DNA of 64,000 nt, taken from assembly GCA_963514005.1 (NCBI GenBank), contig OY740800.1:9982001-10046000 (forward strand), read 5' to 3'. Position 1 is the first letter of the stretch; the number at the start of each line of letters is the position of its first letter. A program made the translations under genes and the position numbers. The DNA is from Raja brachyura (lineage: Eukaryota). Below are positions 37,601 to 48,910 of the stretch, piece after piece. Below the pieces are notes generated by a model. That model was not told the origin of the DNA, made no database searches, and saw nothing but the letters and a program-made list of their open reading frames with translations.

Positions 37601-39853
37601 AAAAAGTGAGACAAAGGCAGAACAGAGTATTCATGGTGGCCGAGTATCGTGGATGGCAACATGAATGGGTGAAAATCAAATGCTCTGTGTGTGTGTGTGG
37701 AAGAATTCAGTGAGATCATTGATGCAGACAGTGTAAAATGAAGAGGACATGAAAAATATTACGTGAAGTATTGTGCCAAACCAAATGTTAGATGGAAGAT
37801 TAGTTTTATGGCAGTTCAGTAGTCTCGTGGTCACTATTGTTGATACTATTTCATGATTAGGTTCAATTTCCTTATTTGAAATTGCCCAGTTAAATGTCGG
37901 ATTTAAACTTGTTTCTCTGTGTCATTTGTCTAAGCCACAGGATGCTGGTCTAGCAATTCTAACCACTTTGCTTCAATGCATTATCATCATTAAAGTGTAA
38001 CCCATCTGCTAGTAGTCAACAATCTTTAACCTTACCATCCTGCAGAAGCCATCAGAATTTTTATTCTTCAAGCCTGACATTCCTGGGTATAAAAAAAAGC
38101 AGTTAATTAGGAAATTTAATCTGGTAGCAGAAATCTCTGCTCAGTGTAGTTTTTACATTAACCATGCTTAACAGGTGGCTGCGTAAAACTCACACACAGC
38201 AGCTGTTTTACCACCATCGCAGCTTCTGCAAAAACTGCTTTCCATTTCTGCTCCGCAGCCCCTAAAATTCTAGCGGTAGGTCCACATTTTCCAGGAGCCA
38301 AGCGGACAGGCGCTGAGCAGTGAGGAGAAGGGATGGCCTGAGCGGACCAGAATAATCGCAGAAACTCCTCCGTTCATCTTTGCCAGGGTAAACCTAACTT
38401 TCCGAAACATCTTAAAAACAAATAAAAAAACTATTGCTAAATTGTAGTATTAAAAAACTAAAAATATTCAACCAAACCCAATAATTTAACAATATGTAGT
38501 TTTATTCTATGTCTTCCTTGCAGCCCCATATTATCCTGGTACATGATCCAAAGGCATTTCTCTATCATCTGCATAATGAAACTTAGAGAGCTCTCGGCTC
38601 ATTGTTGGGCTCTGCTAGGACTCCATTCATGGAGTGTACACAATAGATCGCCGGTAGTGCTCAGCCAATAGGTTTGGGTCATCCATATTTGTACAAATGC
38701 ACATTTATAAATTAGTAACAGTAAAAATCATTGCTATGCTGAGAGAAATTGACAATTCTGCATGGCAGCATTGGGCATGCATTTTTCTAAATGAGACTTC
38801 ACAGCAGAGATTTAAAAAATATTAGGCCAAGCACTACTCATTGTCACCCATTTGACTGCTTGCATAGCAAAGGCCGCTACTCCATTTTATGAAATCATGC
38901 ATGCTGTAAGGCAGCAACTCTACTGCTGCGCCATCGTGCTGCCCTAACAGTGACCTAGCAGGCTTTCCACAGTGTTCAGATTACCAATTGTGGTCAATAT
39001 GTTGTCTGTAAAAATAACTAAAAATCTATCAAAATACTCTTTCTTAGCAAGACATGCAGTACTCAGCTCCAGAAGTCATTATACTAGTCCCTCTCCCAGC
39101 TGTTCACGTTTCCTTTGCAATCTCTGAACAGTGGTGACGTAGGAACTGGAGTGGACATTTCAGGCCCTGAAGATTGAGTTTTGATTGTACTTGTGATTTT
39201 ATTTCAAATTTCACACCCTTGTGCCAAATCCCTTGGTTGCAAAGCCAACACAATCGTGAACATTTCAATTGTCCCAGCTCCCTCAGCATTTTGGATTTCC
39301 ACTAACTATTGTGTGAGACGGAATTTCCTGATTTAGTTTGCAAACTATCCTTGTTCCAATCTTACAATTATATCCTGTAGAAGTGGATTATTTCATCAAA
39401 GGAAATGGTTGCATTGTATTTGCCCTTTGTTTATCACTGTGAACATCCCAATTAGATTATCCTTTAAACTTCACTTCTCTTCCTAAAATGTTATGTAATA
39501 TATTAACAATTCAATCAATATAATGTTTACAGATCTGTATGAATACTGTTGGAGGCCATCATATGAATGTAAAATAGTTAGAAAATACTGTAAATCCTTA
39601 GCAGGCACATTTGCTGAGAGTAGAACAAATGAAAGATCCGATTAAAAATACATTAACGTGAAACTTTACCTCTGCTTCTATTCCAGAAATGGTGGCTGAC
39701 TCGAGTATTTCTGGGAATTCTTATTATTTCCAGAAATACTGGAAACCTATTTCAGGTTTCCGTCATCCACATTATTTTCCTTCTATATTACGTCTCACCT
39801 TCGTTTTGGTGTCCAAAAATGAAGAGCGTGGTTGGGACTTGGTTAAATCAACA

Positions 39854-40240
39854 TTTTGTACAATGGAAGATGATGTGATGAAGTAAGGACTCTGTACAAC
39901 CGAAGCCGTTGTCCCAGATGTGGTCTAACCAAGTCGAAGAGTAACTGAAAATCTCTCTACAATTGAAGGGGGTGTTTCAGCTTTGGTCAGACCAGGTTGC
40001 AGTGTGACTGAAAATGGGACCCAACCAAGATCTGTCCAACTTATTAGGGTGCAATGGCTGAGGCCAGACTAAGTCACTTTAAACTCAAGACTGTCCCATC
40101 TTTGGTCAGACCAAATCACTGTTGATGTGAACTCAATGCCCCAGCTGAGATCAGACTAATTATGTACTGGTGTTGGTCATGCTGGAGATGGGAAATAACC
40201 GACTGCTCTGTATCAACTGAAGCTGGTGTTCCAGACTAAA
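39854..40240. repeat. Degenerate tandem repeat (63-bp period at 39890-40015)
   Basis: Units 39890-39952 and 39953-40015 align end to end (ctct..aca..gaag..gt..cag..tggtc..acca.gt..actgaaaat), with further partial copies up to 40238. Confidence 0.55.
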
Positions 40241-40849
40241 ATAGTTCTCCATGTGTGATGATACTAGGGATCTGAACAACTGAAACCAATGCTCTGCACA
40301 ACTGAAGCATCCTGGTCTTCACATGAATTCTCAATGCCCGAGATAAAGACCAAGATTCCATTTTGATTACTTTCAAAATATATCTGTGTGTTAGGTTGTT
40401 TTCATTTTTGTTAATAATGTCACGTGCCAAATTTTATAAAATACCTCTGGAGCACCACTTCCATGAATAGTATGCACGGGCTGTCCTCAAACATGATTAA
40501 GGATCTACTCTTCACAAATCCTTATGCAATCACTTTGATCAACAGAGGTCTGTCCCTGTGTTTCCAATGATTATGTATTCTAACAGAAGACTCTAGGCAG
40601 CAGAGTGATGTAGAATAGATATTTACTAGATATTACATGATACAATGGAGTTCTAAATGTTCAGTGATTTCTTTTACATCGATTTACCTGCCATTGAATG
40701 GTAAAGGAAAATTGAAAGAGATTTCTAAAACATGTATATATTAATGAATCAAAGATAAGCAACACAAATTCTATGCTGTTGCTCGCTGGAAGTCTAAAGA
40801 TTGTACATTCCTCAGAAATTTGAACCTCGTTTACAAAGTATTGTCTTTT

Positions 40850-41068
40850 TAGTTTGGTTTAGAGTTAGTGTGAAAACAGGCCCCCTGCACCAACCAACAC
40901 ACAACCTGCACACTGGGGGCAGTTTACAGAAGAATATGGCAGGGAACTGCAGCACCCAGAGAAAACCCACGTGGTCACAGGGAGAATGTACAAACTCTGT
41001 ACAGACAGCACCTGTGGTCAGGATCGATCTGGGTCTCTGACACTGTAAGGCTGCAGCTCCACTGTTTC
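40850..41068 (-). mobile_element. Internally deleted V-SINE
   Basis: ggagaatgtacaaactctgtacagacagcacc..caggatcgatctgggtctctg. Confidence 0.8.
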
Positions 41069-41749
41069 TCCGCTGGGCCTTGTTGTCAAGGTGGAGCTGC
41101 ATATCACCACATGTTCCTTTAAAGTGAAGATGTCTTGCCATTATTAGCAGGCACATTACGTAATTAATTAAAGAATCATTGTTGATGTTTTAAAAACTTT
41201 TTTAAACTGTAGACCTTTCAGAAACCAGAAGGAAGCGTCAAAATTAAAGAGCCATTTTCATATAAATATTAAACTAGATTATAAACTCTCATGTGCAATG
41301 TCAATGCCTCAACTGCACCTTGATGATACCGACTCAACTATTGGTTTGGTTCTCATCAGTGGAATCACGCTTCGTTCAGCTTTTTTAGACTTCAAATCGG
41401 GATTGTTTGGAAGCAAACGCAAAGCTTTTAAAAACTAGCTTTTTTTTTTACTATGGAGAGTCCATAGTTGAGTTTTAAATGGTCTCAATACAAGTCTTGA
41501 TGCAGGGATTTTCAATATAATAAACTGATGGTAGAGCTGAAGGCATCTCCACGTGACATGGCAAAAGCCAAGTTTTCATTCACTGAAGATCTACAGACAA
41601 GATTTTTAAAAAAATGTTATTTTCAAAATTTAACTCTAATGCTGGAGCATGTGGCATCATGGTGTCAACATGCTGTGCCACTAGAGGGCAGAACTGAGCT
41701 TTTACTGTTCGGAAGGGCAGAAAAGACGAGCCACTTTCCGTCTGCAATT

Positions 41750-41846
41750 GTCTGAAGAAGGGTCTCGACTCGAAACGTCACCCATTCCTTCTCTCCAGAG
41801 ATGCTGCCTGTCCTGCAGAGTCACTCCAGCTTTTTGTGTCTATCTT
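41750..41846 (+). mobile_element. Solo Penelope terminal repeat starting at the hammerhead-like core, with a ~19-bp imperfect TSD
   Basis: ctgaagaagggtctcgactcgaaacgtcacc.. Flanks ctttccgtctgcaattgtc (41734-41752) and ctttccttctgctattgtc (41844-41862). Confidence 0.75.
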
Positions 41847-42667
41847 TCCTTCTGCTATTGTCATATATTGTAACATCTGCCATTGAAAGAACCAAGGCTA
41901 CCAATGACTTACAAAGTGTCTCGACCAGGCAAAAGTAGCATTAGATGAGAAAGAAAGCAGGCCCTCCAAATTATTGATATGGGATTTATATACATCCTTT
42001 TCTTCTTTGAAAAGTTTGATGCATCACTAGTGCGCTGGCATCCTTCAGAAATAGTTCTTATTTATACGCTCAGTCTCACAGTGAGAGGGAGCAAGCTATT
42101 TGACCGGCGGACATCACAGCTGAGCACGATCATGCCAAACATAACACAATGTGTCAAGGAGGAGAGCATTGACCGATCTTCCCAAGCAAGTGCCACGGAA
42201 AATCCTACGGCGATTCCCTCATATTTAAGATAATCTTTAATCACGTGGGAGTGTATTGAAATGTACAGAAACAAATACCTGAACTCTTTAATAAATAAGA
42301 TGGGATATACATTTTTATTGTAATTACTGCATTCCTGCCATTTCCTTCCCTTGTAAGAGAATAATTTTTTATTGCAATGAATCATTTACTGATGGTTCCT
42401 ACTATAAATCAGCCCCAATAAACTGAAACAGTGGTTGGGTCCAAGTTTATGAAACCAAGGGAGATCAGTCATAGCTCTGGCTTTAAAAATACAGAACTCT
42501 TTTAAGTCTCACGTTGAATTCAAGTGTTCTATTCAAGTGCTACTTCCAATAAAAAAGGCACTCTACGATAAGAATTCTGGGGACTGTGTTCAATCATGTA
42601 AACAGTTGTGCCAGTGTTAAAATGATAACGTCTCAGAATCAACATGGGGATCACAGAGGTTATTACA

Positions 42668-42673
42668 TTTATT
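42668..42673 (-). terminator. AATAAA polyadenylation signal of HMGA2
   Basis: tttatt on the + strand, inside the distal conserved-looking UTR block. Confidence 0.65.
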
Positions 42674-43021
42674 TTTGCTGAACAGACAGTGATAATCCTT
42701 AAAAGGAACCTTCTCAGCAAGCAAGCATTTCCAAGTACAATCAGACAGCTTCTGTAAGTGAATAGCAAAGCAATAGAATGACACACTCAAGGTACAGGGA
42801 GAGCAGTCTATCATTTTTCAAGCTCCCCCTCAAACCAAGACTAAAATTCGTATAATGGCAGAAAAGTTAAATGTCCAGTTTTTTTCTCGAGGTGACCGGC
42901 CAGAAGAGAACAGTCATATAAAATTTATCTCCCAAAAAAATAAACTATGTATAAAAAAAATTTATGATGCTCTCTCTGGTCTGCCGGCCATAAACAATTG
43001 AGTAGGTTTTCAGCTTGAAAC

Positions 43022-45331
43022 TGAGGTAACAGTAGGCCCCAAGAGGTAGTAGTGTGTAATTGATTGTACAACATACAGAGAAATACATGATAAACATTAG
43101 CATTTGAGAGACTTCCCAGAGCTAAATGTCCAACACGTAACAAAAGGCTTCCTTAGTTTGTGTTAGACCAAAACTGAGGTAAAACGTTACAGGGTTCTCT
43201 TTTAAATCGAAGTATATGGAATGAGTTTTCAAACAAATCCTAAGTTTAAAAAAAGGCTTTTTTTTTTGTTAAGAGAATTCAATTAATGCAAAAACATGTG
43301 GGAATACAACTAGTTATTAGCTCAGTCTTCAATAAACTGACAGGTAAGCACCATATTGTCCGAGGAGCCAGCCGAGTTTATGGCAAGGTCTTATAAATTC
43401 AGATGGAAGCCAGGAACCAGCTTTGGTTGTACTTTGGCTCAACACTAAAGCCTTACTGTCACAGGTTCTCCTGAGAAACTACCCCCTCTCCATCTCCCCG
43501 GCCCATTAAATGTTAAAAGTAGCAATATTGACAAGCAGAGAAGCAAGATAAAACTCTACATAGGAAGCATTTAAAAATACATCTGGTTGAAGCATATTAC
43601 AAAAAGGTAAAAAAATGAAATCACATTTGTGTAAAATACATGAAAATATGAATCAAGTACTTTTCTTACAATCTACTAATTTAAACACATATTCTTGATT
43701 GAATTATACAAAAAAACTGAGCTTGTATTTGTCACCTACAAAGCTTCATGTTTCCTTTGAAGGTTTCAGAATAGAAAGCAATTTAAAATGCTTTAGTGTC
43801 CAAGATTATTTTTTTCCTTTTTTTTTACAAAAATACTTTGACATGGGATTAGTTGCAGTCCTAAAATTTGTAACGATATTTTTAAACTGGTATTGTAATA
43901 ACATGTCTGTTCCTTTTTATTAACTGGAGGTAGGTTTTGGTCAACTGATTAGTCCATTTGCCTGGAGTTCATTTGAGGTACAAACTCGGACAGTTATTTA
44001 TCAAACACTACTGATAAAAATGAAAAATAAAAGCATTAGAGACATTTCCATTTCATTAATTGTAATAAGAAAAAAAAGGATCTGTTAAAAAGCAATGAGT
44101 AATTCAGTTTAAAAAAAAATTATATTCAAGTTAAAAGTACAAACAGAAAATGAGTTGCATTATCTGGCAATAAGCAACTCGTAAATATTCAGCAATTATA
44201 TTGCAATACAGAAATGCTTCAGGTATTCTGGTTTCCTCTATTAATATTTAAACTGCAGAACCATAATGAATTAACAGGTATCAGTGTTTATCTGTCCATT
44301 AATTTGGAAAAAAATAACCTGCATTGTATGTGTATAGCAGCATGTACTCGAGAGGCTGTCAAACTAATTGAATTAATCAGAGGTAGTTACAGATAATGGG
44401 GTAATATTGCAACTGTCACTAAAAGTGCTGGTTTGACTGAGTATTCGTTTGGATTGTTGGGAAGAAGAAGGAATGGTTTGAGGATCAATTGCACAGCACG
44501 AGTTCCCAAAATCAAGAAATGTGTTTGCTCAACCTAGCCACATGTCAGTGCATTGGAGGTAAAGTCACTTGTATATGTGATTCCTACTGGCAGACTCATG
44601 TTCCCTTTCTAAGTCACAATGACTTACACTGAAGTGGAATTTCTTGATTTCCTTTTGTTGTCCCTACAGAGCTGTAAAAAAGTCAATTGTTAATTCTTCC
44701 CTTCAATTACTGAATATATTTTTTAGGTGTTGAGTTAACAGCAGAATTAAATATATATATAAAAATCAGCCCTAGGATTTTCCTGAATTACAGTAAGTGA
44801 AAAACATCAATTAAAAAAAGTCTACTATAAAGTTTCTCTAAGAGCAGTGCCTATCCCTCATCTTTGGTGTTCTATACAGGGTGTTTACTAAGTTAGGGAG
44901 GGTGGGTTCTTGGGACATTAGTCCATGGTTTGTAAGCAGGATAGCTTGGTTCTATCAAAATGCCCCTATTTTGGCTGTGCATATGGTGATTTCTTCTTGC
45001 ATTATGATGTGCATTGTAATGAAAAATATAACTATTTTTGACCCACTCACCCTTACTTAGCAGCTCAATAAACTATAAGTATGTTGAGAATAAAAAAAAG
45101 AAAACAGTAATAAAATGTTGCATTATTAATCTGTGTCCCCTGTGTTACAGCAGTTTTTTTTTCCACTAAACCTGGGACTGTGAAGGGATTACAAAAAGGT
45201 AGATAGCAAAAGTCTTTCAGAGGATGTGTTTCTCCCCAGGATAAAGTGGACAGACCAATGTTAATTGGGAAAAAAAAGTGGTCAAGGTAGTGTCTTCTCC
45301 CTTCAAAAGACCCAACTGCTGAATGAGGTAG
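43022..45331 (-). promoter_or_regulatory. let-7 target-site array in the HMGA2 3'UTR
   Basis: Seed matches (+ strand GAGGTA core): 8mer 45324-45331; 7mer-m8 44380-44386, 43927-43933, 43043-43049; 7mer-A1 43974-43980, 43175-43181, 43022-43028; 6mer 44556-44561. Confidence 0.88.
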
Positions 45332-45351
45332 AAGTCAAATAACGTGGTTTC

Positions 45352-45399
45352 TTAATCTTCCTCTGTGGATTCTTGCGAGGACGTTCCTTCACCCTCTTC
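45352..45399 (-). CDS. HMGA2: HMGA2 exon 5 coding part (acidic tail EEGEGTSSQESTEED*)
   Basis: Acceptor ttttgtttgcag, then GAA GAG GGT GAA GGA ACG TCC TCG CAA GAA TCC ACA GAG GAA GAT TAA. In frame with exon 4 and resembles the human HMGA2 C-terminus EETEETSSQESAEED. Confidence 0.93.
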   Translation of the reverse strand, partial: EEGEGTSSQESTEED

Positions 45400-45996
45400 C
45401 TGCAAACAAAAACAAATTTGTATTATGTCAGACAATCCTTTTTAATAATATTGTCTTGCCCTCCCTTTCCACAGTGACCAGTTCTACAAGCAGTGCTGTT
45501 ATTTTTTTAATTGCCAAAGTATTTCAGGAGGCCTCCAACCGGATATGCTTAACCACAGATTTGAGAGAGTGTGCATTGATTAAATTCCAGTTAAACCACA
45601 ATAAATCTCCTACAGCTGATGTCATTACCATGTCTTTGTGGAACTTAAAAGCCTCAAAAAGTTGTAAGGAAAATAGCAGGACATTGTAAATTATTCAATC
45701 CATTTATCAATGGTTTGCAGCATTAAATCTGGTTAGCATTCAACATCTACTCCTTAAAATAACTCCTCCAAAATAGCTCTTTGAAAAACATCAAAATATT
45801 TCACATTTATTTGCTAAAAAAAACTTAAGCAAAAGACTGTATTATATAGTTTAACATTTGTCACCTCATAAACTGAGAACTGCCAAAGATGACCACCTTA
45901 AAATGGCTTACAACAGTTTCATAGTTAAATAGATTTGATTTTCCACATGGCTTCATTTTGTCTGGGTTGCTAGCTGACACAATTTATAACTCTCTT

Positions 45997-46144
45997 NNNN
46001 NNNNNNNNNNNNNNNNNNNNNNNNNNNNNNNNNNNNNNNNNNNNNNNNNNNNNNNNNNNNNNNNNNNNNNNNNNNNNNNNNNNNNNNNNNNNNNNNNNNN
46101 NNNNNNNNNNNNNNNNNNNNNNNNNNNNNNNNNNNNNNNNNNNN
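45997..46144. other. Assembly gap (148 N) within HMGA2 intron 4
   Basis: Run of N. Confidence 0.99.
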
Positions 46145-48169
46145 AAGAGCAGCATGGAGAAAAACACTAGGTTTTAATCACAGGCCACTGCTCCGCAATC
46201 CTCTTTTCAAAGGTTTCCAAGATCCCAAAGACCAAAAAGGGTGTAAATCCAGGAAACAAACACACAGTATTAAATGAATGGAGGACAGTTGCAACATATT
46301 ACTTTAGCTGCATCCAGCCATCAGATTTCACACCACTTTTGTTTAGTCTGCTTTAGGTTATGTGGGAAACGTGGAGTGCATGAAGTGAAGGCCCCCTGCT
46401 AACCCAAGGGCCTCAAATATTTAAGCCAGTAGTCTAATGCCTCTTGACTAGGCAGCAGGCCATGACCCTGAGAGACTCTCTGGGGGACAAGCAACAGAGA
46501 AAGATGTAGCCTGATCAAAGCTTTAGCTGGACTAAAGAGGGCAAAGTCAAGTGTTAGCTGCCCTCTGCCCCAGCCTCTTCAATTTACATTTACATTCTCG
46601 AAAGACATGATTATCCTGCAGATATGCATATTTCTTGCCCAGTACTAATAAGTCAATACAGCTTCCAGTCAAGAGCTGACTCGTTCACCCAACTGCAATG
46701 AAACTGATAACATAATAATTCTGTTTCCAAGGGCTTGCACTTGACAGCTCAGGTCTGGCTTATTCACCAAAGACCTCAGGATCAAACGGTCAATTAAACA
46801 TCAAGGGCTTGGCACTAACAATCTAAAATATTTTCTAAAATGCTTCTCAAATGAAACAAAACTGAACTTTGTATTTTGTTCATATTCTCAGGCCTGGATG
46901 CACTGTGTATTACCAGCAAATTGTAAAGATGTAAAAGGAACACCCTCAGGCTAGAAGTTTCAGTTCACTTAATAATATTAACGAGTCCGACAGATTCCCT
47001 GTACTCTATTTATCCAAAGGTCTCTGGCAGATAGCTGACATATAGCTTATACCTTGAACGGGTGCAACCATTCATTTAGTCTGCCCCCTCTAAAACGGTT
47101 CACTTAAAATAGCCAGAGAATATGCTACTACTTTGAAATCTCTTCCAATTGGCATGGAAATGAAGCCAAGCGTACCATCTGATAACTTCCCAGACAGCCA
47201 TTTCAGGTAGGATACATTATTGGCACAAGCGCTGCAGATATGAATTACATTTGCTGTAAATTAGAAAATAATCTTTAGCAATAAAAAGGAAACTAAACTG
47301 TGGGAGACTTGGCCAATTTGCCAGCATTACAGGCATGTTATATTTTGTCTAATTAGAACCTGCAGCCTCCACGTTTCCTTTAATGGTGCAGACCTGGAAT
47401 GGTTTAAGGCTCAAAACAAAATTGGTTGCCTTTTACTTTATAAGCCAGCTTTGAGCCACTAATGATCAACAGTCATGCATTACTTTAGACGTGAGAAGCT
47501 AAAATGAGTGAGCAAAGTTGTTGAAGAATGTAATTCAAAAGCAAAACACTGCATTTTATGCTTGTGTTTGAAGAATGTAATTTAGAGAATGAAAGCAATT
47601 CCAGCTACATATCCTTGCGTCGCCATTTCTGTACTTCAATGTTTAGCACAATTAAACTGCTGCCCAGCCATATATCACAATGGTTTCCACAGATCATAAA
47701 GCACTGTAGGGGGGGGGGGGGGGGGGGGGGGGGAAGAGAGGCCATTTGGTCCATCATATACCATTGCTATATCACAGGGTTTTTTTTTCTCCTTCTCTCC
47801 GCTTCAATTTTTTTACTCTTCTCAATTCATCAGGGATAACGGCAATTCAAACCACTGCTATCAAGGAAAGGTTATCATTGAGCTAGGAGTCATTATTTCC
47901 CAACCATAAACCATGGTGATTGCAGGAGAATTTTAGACAAGTTTGTGGTCATTTGTATTCAAAGATTTAAGTATACTGTACAATTTTGATTTTTATGTGT
48001 AGGGAACTCACTTACTGTGAATACATTTTAATACTTTTGAGATGGAGAATAGAGAGATTTTGGAAAGGTTTAGAGGAAGGTTAGGAGGTTACCTTTCAAC
48101 GGTCTTTAGTTACCAGGATTGACTGAGAGAGCCAGGGCTTTATGCTTCAGAAAAAAATGTTGATTTTGA

Positions 48170-48585
48170 AGAGTTAGGATTGAGGTCTTTAAAATAACGA
48201 AAGGATTAGAGTTGCTCCAAGCAAATAGGCTATTTGAGCTTGATAGCTTAGCGAAGAACAAGGGACATAATAAGCATACAGTTTAGATGCCAAGAGGCAC
48301 TTCCTTTTGCAGAGAGTCAGTGACCTGTGGAATAAGTTGCTGGCACATATAGTAAGCGTGTACATACAGAAAGCTGAACATGTTACTGACGGACAAATGT
48401 GAAGATTACGGGCCATGCAAGGTCATTGGCCAGACACGGTGGTATTCCAAAACGTACTCAATTGACTTTGGGCATCTTATTGTTTTTAAAACTCTCTATA
48501 AGGAATTGGTTGGGAATGGGAAGCGCCAGGAAGGCATGCATATGTTACATCATGCCAGCATAGGACAAGCCTGATGGGCCTGTCA
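48170..48585 (+). mobile_element. Old CR1 3' fragment
   Basis: Degenerate aggcacttccttttgcagagagtcagtgacctgtggaataagttgc and a 3' gatgggcct motif. Confidence 0.55.
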
Positions 48586-48604
48586 CGACATATCCCGTGG
48601 AAAA

Positions 48605-48910
48605 GGGCGGCACAGTGACGCAGCGGTAGAGCTACTGCCTTACAGCGAATGCAGCGCCGGAGATCAGGGTTCAATCCCGACTACAGGTGCTGTATGTACG
48701 GAGTTTGTACGTTCTCCCTGTGACCAGGGTGGGTTTTCGCCAAAATATTCAGTTTCCTCCCACACTCCAAAGACGTACAGGTCTGTAGGTTAATTGGCTC
48801 GGTATAAGTGTAAATTGTCCCTAGTGTGTGTAGAATAGTGTTAATATGCGGGGATTGCTGGTCGGCGCGGACCCGATGGGCCTGTTTCCGCGCCATCTCT
48901 AAACTAAACC
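48605..48910 (+). mobile_element. V-SINE (HE1-like), near full length
   Basis: gggcggcacagtgacgcagcggtagagc, B box gggttcaatcc, V core, ctaaactaaa tail. Confidence 0.9.

Larger units (their letters stand above)
42645..45351 (-). other. HMGA2: HMGA2 3'UTR (~2.7 kb)
   Basis: Follows the stop codon, is AT-rich and has no recognisable TE. The proximal block (ttctacctcattcagcagttgggtcttttgaagggagaagacact) and distal block (attatcactgtctgttcagcaaaaataaatgtaataacctctgtgatccccatg) resemble the human HMGA2 3'UTR as recalled. The 3' end is approximate. Confidence 0.85.

Noticed and set aside
39854-40240. CRISPR-like array
   Set aside because: Eukaryotic context, degenerate repeats, related rather than unique intervening sequences, and irregular spacing.
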